Below, piece after piece: positions 1 to 10,500 of a stretch of 64,000 nt of DNA. The stretch is from Macrostomum lignano. Taxonomy: Eukaryota. Position numbers and translations under genes: made by a program. The DNA is taken from NCBI GenBank assembly GCA_002269645.1, contig NIVC01000660.1:372001-436000 (forward strand). The letters are read 5' to 3'. Below the pieces are notes generated by a model. It had not been told where the DNA came from and searched no databases. It saw nothing but the letters and a program-made list of their open reading frames with translations. The stretch's first letter is position 1; the number at the start of each line of letters is the position of its first letter.

Positions 1-55
1 ACCGAATAATTTTCGACGGTAAACGCAGTCTTTAACTCGCCACTCCAATCCGCAG

Positions 56-1319
56 GGACTGCCGGTTCCCTCTGTTAGCATTCTGGTTCGACATCGGCGC
101 TCGCATGGTGTTCGGGCGGAAGATCGTGCTGGACCGAATGGAGTACGAATTAGCCGAACTAGTTCGCATTGGCAACAATGTTAATTGCCTATTGCAGCAC
201 CAGGTTGATTGGAAATCGCATTTCAAGCTTCGACTACAGATGCTTGAGCCGCTATTGCGCAATGGGCTTCATCTGCACGACACCTGCGTTGGCTGTCCAA
301 AGATTCGCCCGGAACAGCGGGAGTTCTCGCTCTGTCTAATACGGCTGCTGGTGGACATTATGACCGCCTGCGATGTCATTGGCTATGAGGACGCTTTTCT
401 TAATCTGTTTCTGACATTCTGCGGAACTCCCGCGCAGGTGAATGTTTCATTTGGTTCAGTATCCACTACAAAGACCTACTTTTTGGTAGCTTACATGTAC
501 TTGTAGGTCCAATGTCCCATAACAAAGACCTTAGTTATGCAGATTTAATATCCCACAACAAAGACATTAGTTATGCAGGTTCAGTATCCTACAACAAAGA
601 CCTTAGTTATGCAGGTCCAGTATCCTACGACAAAGACCTTAGTTACATGGTTCCTATATCCTACAACAAAGACCTTAGTTACATGGTTCCTATATCCTAC
701 AACAAAGACCTTAGTTACATAGTTCCTATATCCTACAACAAAGACCTTAGTTACATAGTTCCTATATCCTACAACAAAGACCTTAGTTACATAGTTCCTA
801 TATCCTACAACAAAGACCTTAGTTACATAGTTCCTATATCCTACAACAAAGACCTTATAGTTATACAGGTGCAATATTCATATAAAAAACATTGCATTAG
901 TAAATATGAAAATTCAAATAAACCCATTAAAAAACTGCTTGTTTGAACAGGTGAAACACCTCACGGACATGAACATCACCATGGACGACTTTTTAAACGA
1001 TTTCTCTCACGTGGCCTCATTTTTATACGGTCGAAAATTTCACAACGACGCCGAGAAGGCGCTGTTCGTCCGACAGCGAAGAGTGTTCTACGATCGGGTG
1101 AGCAAAGTCGGCCAACTGTTTGTGCAGCCACTGCCGCTCTACCTGCTAGCCAGGAATTCTGTTCGCCGTTGCATTGGCGGCGTTCATTTTCAAAAACGCG
1201 TAGCAACTTTAACTAATCTGCCGCCTATGCTGCGCGAGTCCATTGTTTACCTTAGTCACGGTGAGCTCTGTCAGATATTGGATAGGTTGCCAAGGCTGCA
1301 GTCAGTTTCTCCTAGCTAA
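56..1319 (+). CDS. SOCS-box protein, last two visible exons (56-437, 951-1319); 5' part lies upstream of the window
   Basis: Acceptor ccgcag|56; GT-AG intron 438-950 is phase 0 and joins ORF 105-506 to ORF 906-1319; C-terminal PLPLYLLARNSVRRCIGG...LTNLPPMLRESI fits the SOCS-box pattern; TAA at 1317-1319. Confidence 0.7.
512..856. repeat. 36-bp minisatellite (TCCTACAACAAAGACCTTAGTTACATAGTTCCTATA), ~9 copies, intronic
   Basis: Direct tandem copies; source of the SYNKDLSYIVPI pseudo-ORF. Confidence 0.95.
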
Positions 1320-1377
1320 TATGTTGCTGCATTGTGTGCGTGAATAGGTTCAGTAGATGAACTTGCCTTTCCGAAAA

Positions 1378-2017
1378 CTATAGGAGATCCCAAATCCTAG
1401 ATCCCTATAATAGGAGATCCCAAATCCTAGATCCCTATGATAGGAGATCCCAAATCCCAGATCCCTATGATAGGAGATCCCAAATCCTAGATCCCTATGA
1501 TAGGAGATCCCAAATCCCGGATCCCTATGATAGGCGATCCCAAATCCTAGATCCCTATGATAGGAGATCCCAAATCCCGGATCCCTATGATAGGCGATCC
1601 CAAATCCTAGATCCCTATGATAGGAGATCCCAAATCTCAGATCCCTGTGATAGGAGATTCCAAATCCTAGTAGATCCCTATGATAGGGGATCCCAAATCT
1701 CAGATCCCTATGATAGGCGATCCCAAATCCTAGATCCCTATGATAGGAGATCCCAAATCTCAGATCCCTGTGATAGGAGATTCCAAATCCTAGATCCCTA
1801 TGATAGGAGATCCCAAATCCCGGATCCCTATGATAGGCGATCCCAAATCCTAGATCCCTATGATAGGAGATCCCAAATCCCGGATCCCTATGATAGGCGA
1901 TCCCAAATCCTAGATCCCTATGATAGGAGATCCCAAATCTCAGATCCCTGTGATAGGAGATTCCAAATCCTAGTAGATCCCTATGATAGTAGATCCCAAA
2001 TCCCGGATCCCTATGAT
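1378..2017. repeat. 30-bp minisatellite (ATAGGAGATCCCAAATCCTAGATCCCTATG), ~21 copies
   Basis: Tandem copies with 33-bp variants; the unit resembles the PFAS intron-1 array (GATCCCAA...AGATCC). Confidence 0.95.
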
Positions 2018-2049
2018 ACGGTACATCCCACATCCCTTTAAATAACGAT

Positions 2050-2190
2050 AGATAAAGTTAGGGCCGCTGTACACTCCTGTGTAAGTGTGTGCCTGCTCAG
2101 GGGAGTCGGTGGAATGAGCAGTACTGCATCTTGCCGGTAGTGTGACAATGTCGCTTAAAGTGCGCCATGGCGCACACAGCCCCCTGACTA
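2050..2190 (+). mobile_element. SINE family A, 5'-truncated copy
   Basis: AAAGTTAGGGCCGCTGTACACTCCTGTG...GCACACAGCCCCCTG matches segments at 18960-18990, 52635 (rc) and 56703 (rc). Confidence 0.7.
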
Positions 2191-2688
2191 TTTGACTTGC
2201 ACTTTATAACTGTGATAATCCTACGTCATAGTTGGCTTAGGCTGTCATTGTTGATATGAGATATGCTTAGTTGTGTAATATAGTGACTAATCATGCTGTC
2301 AATTATTTCAATTATTTTCAAATTTTAACGCTGCAATTTTGCATAATTCTAATCAACTCTGTATTCTGTAGAATTCTTCTGTTGCTTACATTGTCTGTCT
2401 ATGAATTGTGATCTCATTTCTGAGTTAATGAGTCCGAGTCCCGGTTGTAAATATAGTTAGTACGAGGCATGCCACTAACTATTGGTAGCATGTTGTTAAC
2501 AGTTCCCATGCAATTTTTTACAATCTAGTCTTTGTTACGACTTTTAATCTGGTGTATAGAATGCTTAATAAATGAATAAAATCTTTCTTAAAACTAAAAT
2601 AACATTGTGTCCGGTTTCTCTATTATTTTTGTGCTTCTTTCAATAGACATTTAAATGTCTAGGGTTTTGATACTTTTAAATACCCTAG

Positions 2689-3700
2689 CTAGGGTATTTA
2701 ACCTCTGAGAGATACGTACATTCCTGGGTATTTTAACTCCGAAGGGTACATTCCTAGGGTATTTAACCTCTGAGAGATACGTACATTCCTGGGTATTTTA
2801 ACTCCGAAGGGTACATTCCTAGGGTATTTAACCTCTGAGAGATACGTACATTCCTGGGTATTTTAACTCCGAAGGGTACATTCCTAGGGTATTTAACCTC
2901 TGAGAGATACGTACATTCCTGGGTATTTTAACTCCGAAGGGTACATTCCTGGGTATTTTAGCTCTGAGGGGTACATTCCTAGGGTATTTTAGCTCCAAGG
3001 GGTACATTCCTAGGGAATTTTAGCTCCGAGGGGTAGATTCCTAGGGTATTTTAGCTCCGAGGGATACATTTCTGGATTATTTTAGCTCCGAGGAATACAT
3101 TCCTAGGGTATTTTAGCTCCGAGGGGTACATTCCTAGGGTATTTTAGCTCCGAGGGGTACATTCCTAGGGTATTTTAGCTCCGAGGGGTACATTCCTAGG
3201 GTATTTTAGCTCCAAGGGGTACATTCCTAGGGTATTTTAGCTCCGAGGGGTAGATTCCTAGGGTATTTTAGCTCCGAGGGATACATTTCTGGATTATTTT
3301 AGCTCCGAGGGATACATTTCTAGGGTATTTTAGCTCCAAGGGGTACATTCCTAGGGAATTTTAGCTCCGAGGGGTAGATTCCTAGGGTATTTTAGCTCCG
3401 AGGGATACATTTCTGGATTATTTTAGCTCCGAGGGATACATTCCTAGGGTATTTTAGCTCCAAGGGGTACATTCCTAGGGAATTTTAGCTCCGAGGGGTA
3501 CATTCCTAGGGTATTTTAGCTCCAAGGGGTACATTCCTAGGGAATTTTAGCTCCGAGGGGTAGATTCCTAGGGTATTTTAGCTCCGAGGGATACATTTCT
3601 GGATTATTTTAGCTCCGAGGGATACATTCCTAGGGTATTTTAGCTCCGAGGGGTACATTCCTAGGGTATTTTAGCTCCGAGGGGTACATTCCTAGGGTAT
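2689..3700. repeat. 31-bp minisatellite (CTAGGGTATTTTAGCTCCGAGGGGTACATTC) with dimeric variants
   Basis: About 32 tandem units; related to the 32-bp array at 4008-4519. Confidence 0.95.
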
Positions 3701-3719
3701 CCTAGCGAATCCCTAGTTC

Positions 3720-3917
3720 CTAAACTGCTCTAGTCAGGACAGACGTCTGCTGATTTTATTCTGATTTCAACAAAGTAAAGTATTTTTAGCCTAAAAAACA
3801 TGATTTTGATACTTTTAAAAGCATTTTTCAGCAAAAAATGCAAAGAAACTGTTTTATTAGTCTATAATTTTGTCCCTGAAAGTTATCCCCCCTTTTCAAA
3901 ATCCTAGCTACGCCACT
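3720..3917. mobile_element. Probable MITE 3' end interrupting the arrays
   Basis: Ends in CCTAGCTACGCCACTG, the reverse complement of CAGTGGCGTAGCTAGG, a terminus common in invertebrate MITEs; no intact partner TIR seen. Confidence 0.35.
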
Positions 3918-4007
3918 GCTAGGGCTATTTTAGCTCTGAGGGACATTCCTAGAGGTGGTGGGGTTCATTCGAAGGGGTACTTTAGCTCTGATGGGTACAT
4001 TCCCAGG

Positions 4008-4519
4008 CGTATTTTAGCTTTGGGAAGTACATTTCTAGGGGTATTTAAGATTTGGGAAGTACATTTCTAGGGGTATTTTAGCTTTGGGAAGTACATTTCT
4101 AGGGGTATTTTAGCTTTGGGCAGTACATTTCTAGGGGTATTTAAGCTTTGGGAAGTACATTTCTAGGGGTATTTAAGCTTTGGGAAGTACATTTCTAGGG
4201 GTATTTAAGCTTTGGGAAGTACATTTCTAGGGGTATTTTAGCTTTGGGAAGTACATTTCTAGGGGTATTTAAGCTTTGGGAAGTACATTTCTAGGGGTAT
4301 TTTAGCCTTGGGAAGTACATTTCCAGGGGTATTTAAGATTTGGGAAGTACATTTCTAGGGGTATTTTAGCTTTGGGAAGTACATTTCTAGGGGTATTTTA
4401 GCTTTGGGCAGTACATTTCTAGGGGTATTTTAGCTTTGGAAAGTACATTTCTAGGGGTATTTAAGCTTTGGGAAGTACATTTCTAGGGGTATTTTAGCTT
4501 TGGGAAGTACATTTTGCAG
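4008..4519. repeat. 32-bp minisatellite (GCTTTGGGAAGTACATTTCTAGGGGTATTTTA) ending in the PFAS acceptor
   Basis: About 16 copies; the last unit is altered to ...TACATTTTGCAG, the 3' splice site at 4518-4519. Confidence 0.95.
4510..4519 (+). promoter_or_regulatory. 3' splice site opening the PFAS ORF; candidate spliced-leader trans-splice acceptor
   Basis: TTTTGCAG|GCT TAT, phase 0; no in-frame ATG until far inside the conserved domain. Confidence 0.55.
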
Positions 4520-7500
4520 GCTTATTTTGTTCGCACCTGGACACTGCAGGCCTTCTATCGGCTCTACCTGTCCGACTGTCACACAGCCGAGCAGCTGTCC
4601 AACCTGCTAGCCAGCTGCCGCGATGCCTGCCCACCAGTTGAGTCTGTAGCCACAGAGCGCTGCTTCTATGTCCAGTGCAGCCAGCAGCTTAGCCCAGAGC
4701 AGCAGTGTCAGCTGCATTACCTGCTGGGCACAGATAAAACCAGTTCCCAGCTGTCAGCTTCATCGGAATCTTCAAGCGTTGAAGCAGCATTCCACGGTGC
4801 CTATAGAGCCGAGGTCGGGCCTCGGCTAAGCGTCACCACCGCTTTCTCAACCAACTGCGTAGCGATTTGCTCCGGCATCGGTCTGGCTCCGCCTGTTCAA
4901 CGCGTTGAAAGCTCCATAGTTTATCGGTTTGTTTATAATAGGTTGCTTAGCAACTGGCCAGATAGCGTTGTGCATCGTAGATTGACTGAATTTGTACACA
5001 GCGACAAACTGTGCGATCGCATGACCCAGTCTGTGTACCCGGCGCCGCTCACTGCCGACTCCTACCGATCCGAGTTGCTGCGCTGTCCGCCTCAGCCGGT
5101 CTTCGAAGTTGACGTCTGCGGCCGAGGCAGGGAAGCCCTGGCCGAAGTCAACGCTACTATGGGCCTGTCTATGGACGACTGGGATTTGGACTATTATACG
5201 AAATTGTTTGCTGAAACTATTGGCAGAAATCCTACTAGCGTTGAATGCTTCGATTTGGCCCAGTCTAATAGCGAGCACTGCAGGCATTGGTTCTTTAAAG
5301 GTTCGCAGTCTGTTTTAAAACGTGTGATCTTTAGAAATCCCAAATGGGATATTTCAAGTTCAAGATACCTAAAAAATCCCAAAATGGGATATCTCAAGTT
5401 CCAGATCCTTAAAATCTTAAAACGGGATATCCCAAGTTCCAGATTCTTAAAAATCCCTAAAGGGATATTTCAAGTTCAAGATACCTAAAAATCCCAAGGC
5501 GGGATATCCCAAGTTCCAGATCCCTAAAAAATCCCAAAATGGGATATCTCAAGTTCCAGATCCTTAAAATCTTAAAACGGGATATCCCAAGTTCCAGATC
5601 CTTAAAAATCCCAAGTGGGATATTTCAAGTTCAAGATACCTAAAAATCCCAAAGCGGGATATCACAAGTTCCAGATCCTTAACATCTTAAAACGGGATAT
5701 CCCAAGTTCCAGATCCTTAAAAATCCCAAGTGGGATATTTCAAGTTCAAGATACCTAAAAATCCCAAAGCGGGATATCACAAGTTCCATATCCTTAACAT
5801 CTTAAAACGGGATATCCCAAGTTCCAGATCCTTAAAAATCCCAAGTGGGATATTTCAAGTTCAAGATACCTAAAAATCCCAAAGCGGGATATCACAAGTT
5901 CCAGATCCTTAACATCTTAAAACGGGATATCCCAAGTTCCAGATCCTTAAAAATCCAAAATGGGATATCTCAAGTTCCAGATCCTTAAAATCTTAAAACG
6001 GGATATCCTAAGTTCCAGATTCCTAAAAATCCAAACTGGGATATCTAAAGTTCCAGATACCTAAAAATCCCAAAATTGGATGTTTTTTCAAGTTCTACTA
6101 TAGATCTTAAAAAATCTCAAACCAGGCCGCCTACTCAACGCATCGACTCGCGAGCCGTTGCTAGGCAACAAATATCCCCATCTGATGGCGCTGGTCTCAT
6201 CAACTCTGGCCGAATCGGCGTCCAACAGCGTGCTGGCCATGTGCGACAACAGCAGCGCCATCCGCGGCCTCCGTGTGCCCGTCTTGTGCCCCGTTGACCC
6301 CGCTCGCGGCTCCGAGCTCCGCCTGTTGCCAGATCCCCAGCTGCGTCACGTGATCCTCACCGCCGAGACGCACAATTTCCCAACCGCTGTGGCGCCGTTT
6401 GAGGGCGCGGCAACTGGCGCCGGCGGTAGAATTCGGGACGTGCACGCCACTGGTCGGGGCGGGTATGAAAGATTTCTGCTTTATGAAGCTGGTTAATGGC
6501 TCAGCTGTTTGCTTGGCCACCAGCCCCCCCCCCCCCCCAGATGCTCAGTTGCTTGGCCACCAGCCCCCCCCCCCCAGATGCTCAGTTGCTTGGCCACCAG
6601 CCCCCCCCCCCCAGATGCTCAGTTGCTTGGCCACCAGCCCCCCCCCCCAAGATGCTCAGTTGCTTGGCCACCAGCCCACCCCCCCCCAAGATGCTCAGTT
6701 GCTTGGCCACCAGCCCCCCCCCCCAGATGCTCAGTTGCTTGGCCACCAGCCCCCCCCCCCAGATGCTCAGTTGCTTGGCCACCAGCCCCCCCCAAGATGC
6801 TCAGTTGCTTGGCCACCAGCCCACCCCCCCCCAAGATGCTCAGTTGCTTGGCCAGCCTCCCAGAGTGTCAGTTGCTGGGCCAGCCTCCCAGAGTGTCAGT
6901 TGCTAGGCCAGCCTCCCAGAGTGTCAGTTGCTGGGCCAGCCTCCCAGAGTGTCAGTTGCTAGGCCAGCCTCCCAGAGTCTCAGTTGCTGGGCCAGCCTCC
7001 CAGATCCTCAGTTGCTGGGCCAGCCTCCCAGATCCTCAGTTGCTGGGCCAGCCTCCCTGATCCTCAGTTGCTGTGCCAGCCTCCCAGATCCTCAGTTGCT
7101 GGGCCAGCCTCCCAGATCCTCAGTTTCTGGGCCAGCCTCCCAGATCCTCAGTTGCTGGGCCAGCCTCGAGCTTCAACACATGGCTTCAGGTACACCATCG
7201 CGGGCACAGCGGGCTACTGCGTCGGCGACTTAGACGAACGATTCGCTGTCGAAGGCTACGCAGCCGGCATGGCTCGGCCTCGCCGAGTTCTACTCGAAGC
7301 CTCGGACGGCGCCAGCGACTACGGCAACAAATTTGGCGAGCCGCTGATTGCCGGCTTCTGCCGCGCATTCGGCGACGTCTTTCAAGGCGGCGAGCGTCGG
7401 GAATGGGTCAAACCGGTCATGTTCAGCGGCGGTATCGGCGCCCTTGACGACGGATTGGTTGCTAAGCGACCGGCCAAGCCAGGCGATCTGGTAGTCAAGC

Positions 7501-10500
7501 TGGGCGGGCCGGCCTATCGGATCGGCGTCGGTGGCGGCGCCGCCAGCTCAGTCGGCGTCCAAGGCGAAGGCGGGGCGGCCGCTGACGAGTTGAACTTTAA
7601 CGCCGTGCAGCGCGGCGACGCGCAGATGGGCGGCAAACTCAACCGGTTGGTGCGGGCCTGCGCCGAGCTGGGGGCGAACTGCAACCCCATACAGAGCGTG
7701 CATGATCAGGTAAATCCTGTTGTTGAAGCTGAAATACCCCCTGATTGAGATCTGCTAATGAAGCTGAAATACCCCCTGATTGAGATCTGCTATTCAAGCT
7801 GAAATACCCCCTGATTGAGATCTGCTAATGAAGCTGAAATACTCCCTGATTGAGATCTGCTAATGAAGCTAAAATACTCCCTGATTGAGATCTGCTATTA
7901 AAGCTGAAATACCCCCTGATTGAGATCTGCTAATGAAGCTAAAATACTCCCTGATTGAGATCTGCTATTGAAGCTGAAATACCCCCTGATTGAGATCTGC
8001 TAATGAAGCTGAAATACCCCCTGATTGAGATCTGCTAATGAAGCTGAAATACCCCCTGATTGAGATCTGCTATTGAAGCTGAAATACCCCCTGATTGAGA
8101 TAATGTTAAAACGCCCCTAAGAATGTAGCTTTCAATGCTAAAATACCTGAAATAAAACTAATAGCGCAATTTTTCATTCTTTTCTCAGGGCGCTGGCGGA
8201 AACGCCAACGTATTAAAAGAGATCTGCGAGCCGCTTGGCGCCGATATCTACGCCGACAAATTTCAATTAGGCGATCCAACACTGAGCGCTCTCGAACTCT
8301 GGGGCGCCGAGTATCAAGAGTCTGACGCTTGCCTCGTACCGCCAGACTTGATGGAGCGGCTCAGGCGGATTGGAGCCAGAGAACGGTGTCCTGCCATCGA
8401 TGTTGGAGTTGTACGCGACACTGGTGTGGTCACGCTGTACAGCTTCGGCCGCGGCGACAGCGTTGTTAGCGACGGTGGAGATGGAGCAAAGCGGGCCAGA
8501 GTGCGAGATCCGGAGGCAACTCCCGTCTGTCTGCCATTGGACGCCGTGCTCAGCGGGGTGCCACAGAAGGAGTTCCTGTTGGATTGCAGCAACTTGAAGC
8601 CTTATCGACTGACGGATGAGGTGTGTGAGAATGGATTGCTAATCTAGCCTGTCTATGGGTTAATAGGCATTGAGAATGGATTGCTAGTCTAGCCTGTCTA
8701 TGGGTTAATAGGCATTGAGAATGGATTGCTAGTCTAGCCTGTCTATGGGTTAATAGGCATTGAGAATGGATTGCTAATCTAGCCTGTCTATGGGTTAATA
8801 GGCATTGAGAATGGATTGCTAATCTAGCCTGTCTATGGGTTAATAGGCATTGAGAATGGATTGCTAGTCTAGCCTGTCTATGGGTTAATAGGCATTGAGA
8901 ATGGATTGCTAGTCTAGCCTGTCTATGGGTTAATAGGCATTGAGAATGGATTGCTAGTCTAGCCTGTCTATGGGTTAATAGGCATTGAGAATGGATTGCT
9001 AGTCTAGCCTGTCTATGGGTTAATAGGCATTGAGAATGGATTGCTAGTCTAGCCTGTCTATGGGTTAATAGGCATTGAGAATGGATTGCTAATCTAGCCT
9101 GTCTATGGGTGAATAGGCATTGAGAATGGATTGCTAATCTAACCTATCTAGACTCTAAATAATAGAAACGGATTGCTAATCTGGCCTATCCAGACTATAA
9201 ATAATAAGAACAGATTGCTAATCGCACCGTAGTTACTATTATATTCCCCTTCTCCCCCAGCAACCGCCTTCGCCGCTGGAGTGCAGCCAATCATATCTCC
9301 TAGCGAGCCTGCTCTCAGTTCTCTCCTGCCCAGACGTCGGCAGCAAGCGGTTCCTAACTAACAAGGTGGATCGTTCTGTCACCGGCCTTGTGGCCCAGCA
9401 GCAGTGCGTCGGGCCGCTGCACACGCCTCTAGCCGACGTGGCCGTTGTCGCTCTGAGCTATTTCGACCGCGTCGGCGGCACCACCGCTATTGGCGAGCAG
9501 CCAATCAAAGGATTGCTAGACCCGTCGCGCGCCGGTCGTATGGCCGTCTGCGAAGCCCTCACTAACCTGGCGATGGCCCGGGTCACAAGTCTGGCCGATG
9601 TGAAATGCTCCACTAATTGGATGTGGCCAGGTAAACGCGGCGCCGATGGCGGCCAGCTGGTTGCTACGGCCTTGGCTACGGTGGATTTTATGAAACAGCT
9701 TGGCGTGGCCATCGACGGAGGCAAAGACTCCCTGAGTATGGCCGCCAGCGTTACTAATCAGACTACGGGAAAGACGCAGGTGTGACGCTCGAAAATATTT
9801 CCAAAAATAGCTACTCTAGATACACTACTGTTAGTAGCAATGCAAGTAAAATACAAGTAAAATAGCATAAAAATGTAAAGAATTTTTTTTCAAACTGGTG
9901 CAGGTGATCCGCAGTCCTGGACAGCTTGTAGTCTCGGTCTATGCCGTGTGTCCGGACATCACGCTGACCCTACAGCCGGTGCTGCAACCCCACGCTGGAC
10001 CGTTGATCCACGTGCCACTCGGCGACCTACCCGACGCTTGCCGCCTGGGCGGCTCGGCTTTCGCCCGTTGCAGCTCCGGCGGCGGCGACATCTTCGGCCG
10101 GGACTGTCCAAACCCGGACGCCCTCCGACTAGCGGCCGGATTCGCCGCTGTCCAATCGTTGTTGTCGGCGACTTCGCCGAAGCTGCTGACTGCCGGGCAC
10201 GACATCAGCGATGGCGGCCTGGCCGTGGCGGCTATCGAGATGGCTCTGGCTGCTGGCGGCCGCTGCGGCTTGGAGCTTCGAGTGCCGGACAGTGTCGCCT
10301 GTCCGACAGCCTGGCTGATGTCCGAAGAGCCGGGCTGGCTGCTTCAGGCCGCGTCTAATGAGGCAGCCAATCAGGTGTTGGATCGGCTGAACTCCGCCGG
10401 ACTATCGACTGGAGTGCGCATTGTTGGCCTAGCAACCGTTGCCGGGGAACTGAGGATCGTTGCCGGGGATCGTGTGGTGAGTTTCACACAATAACTTCAA

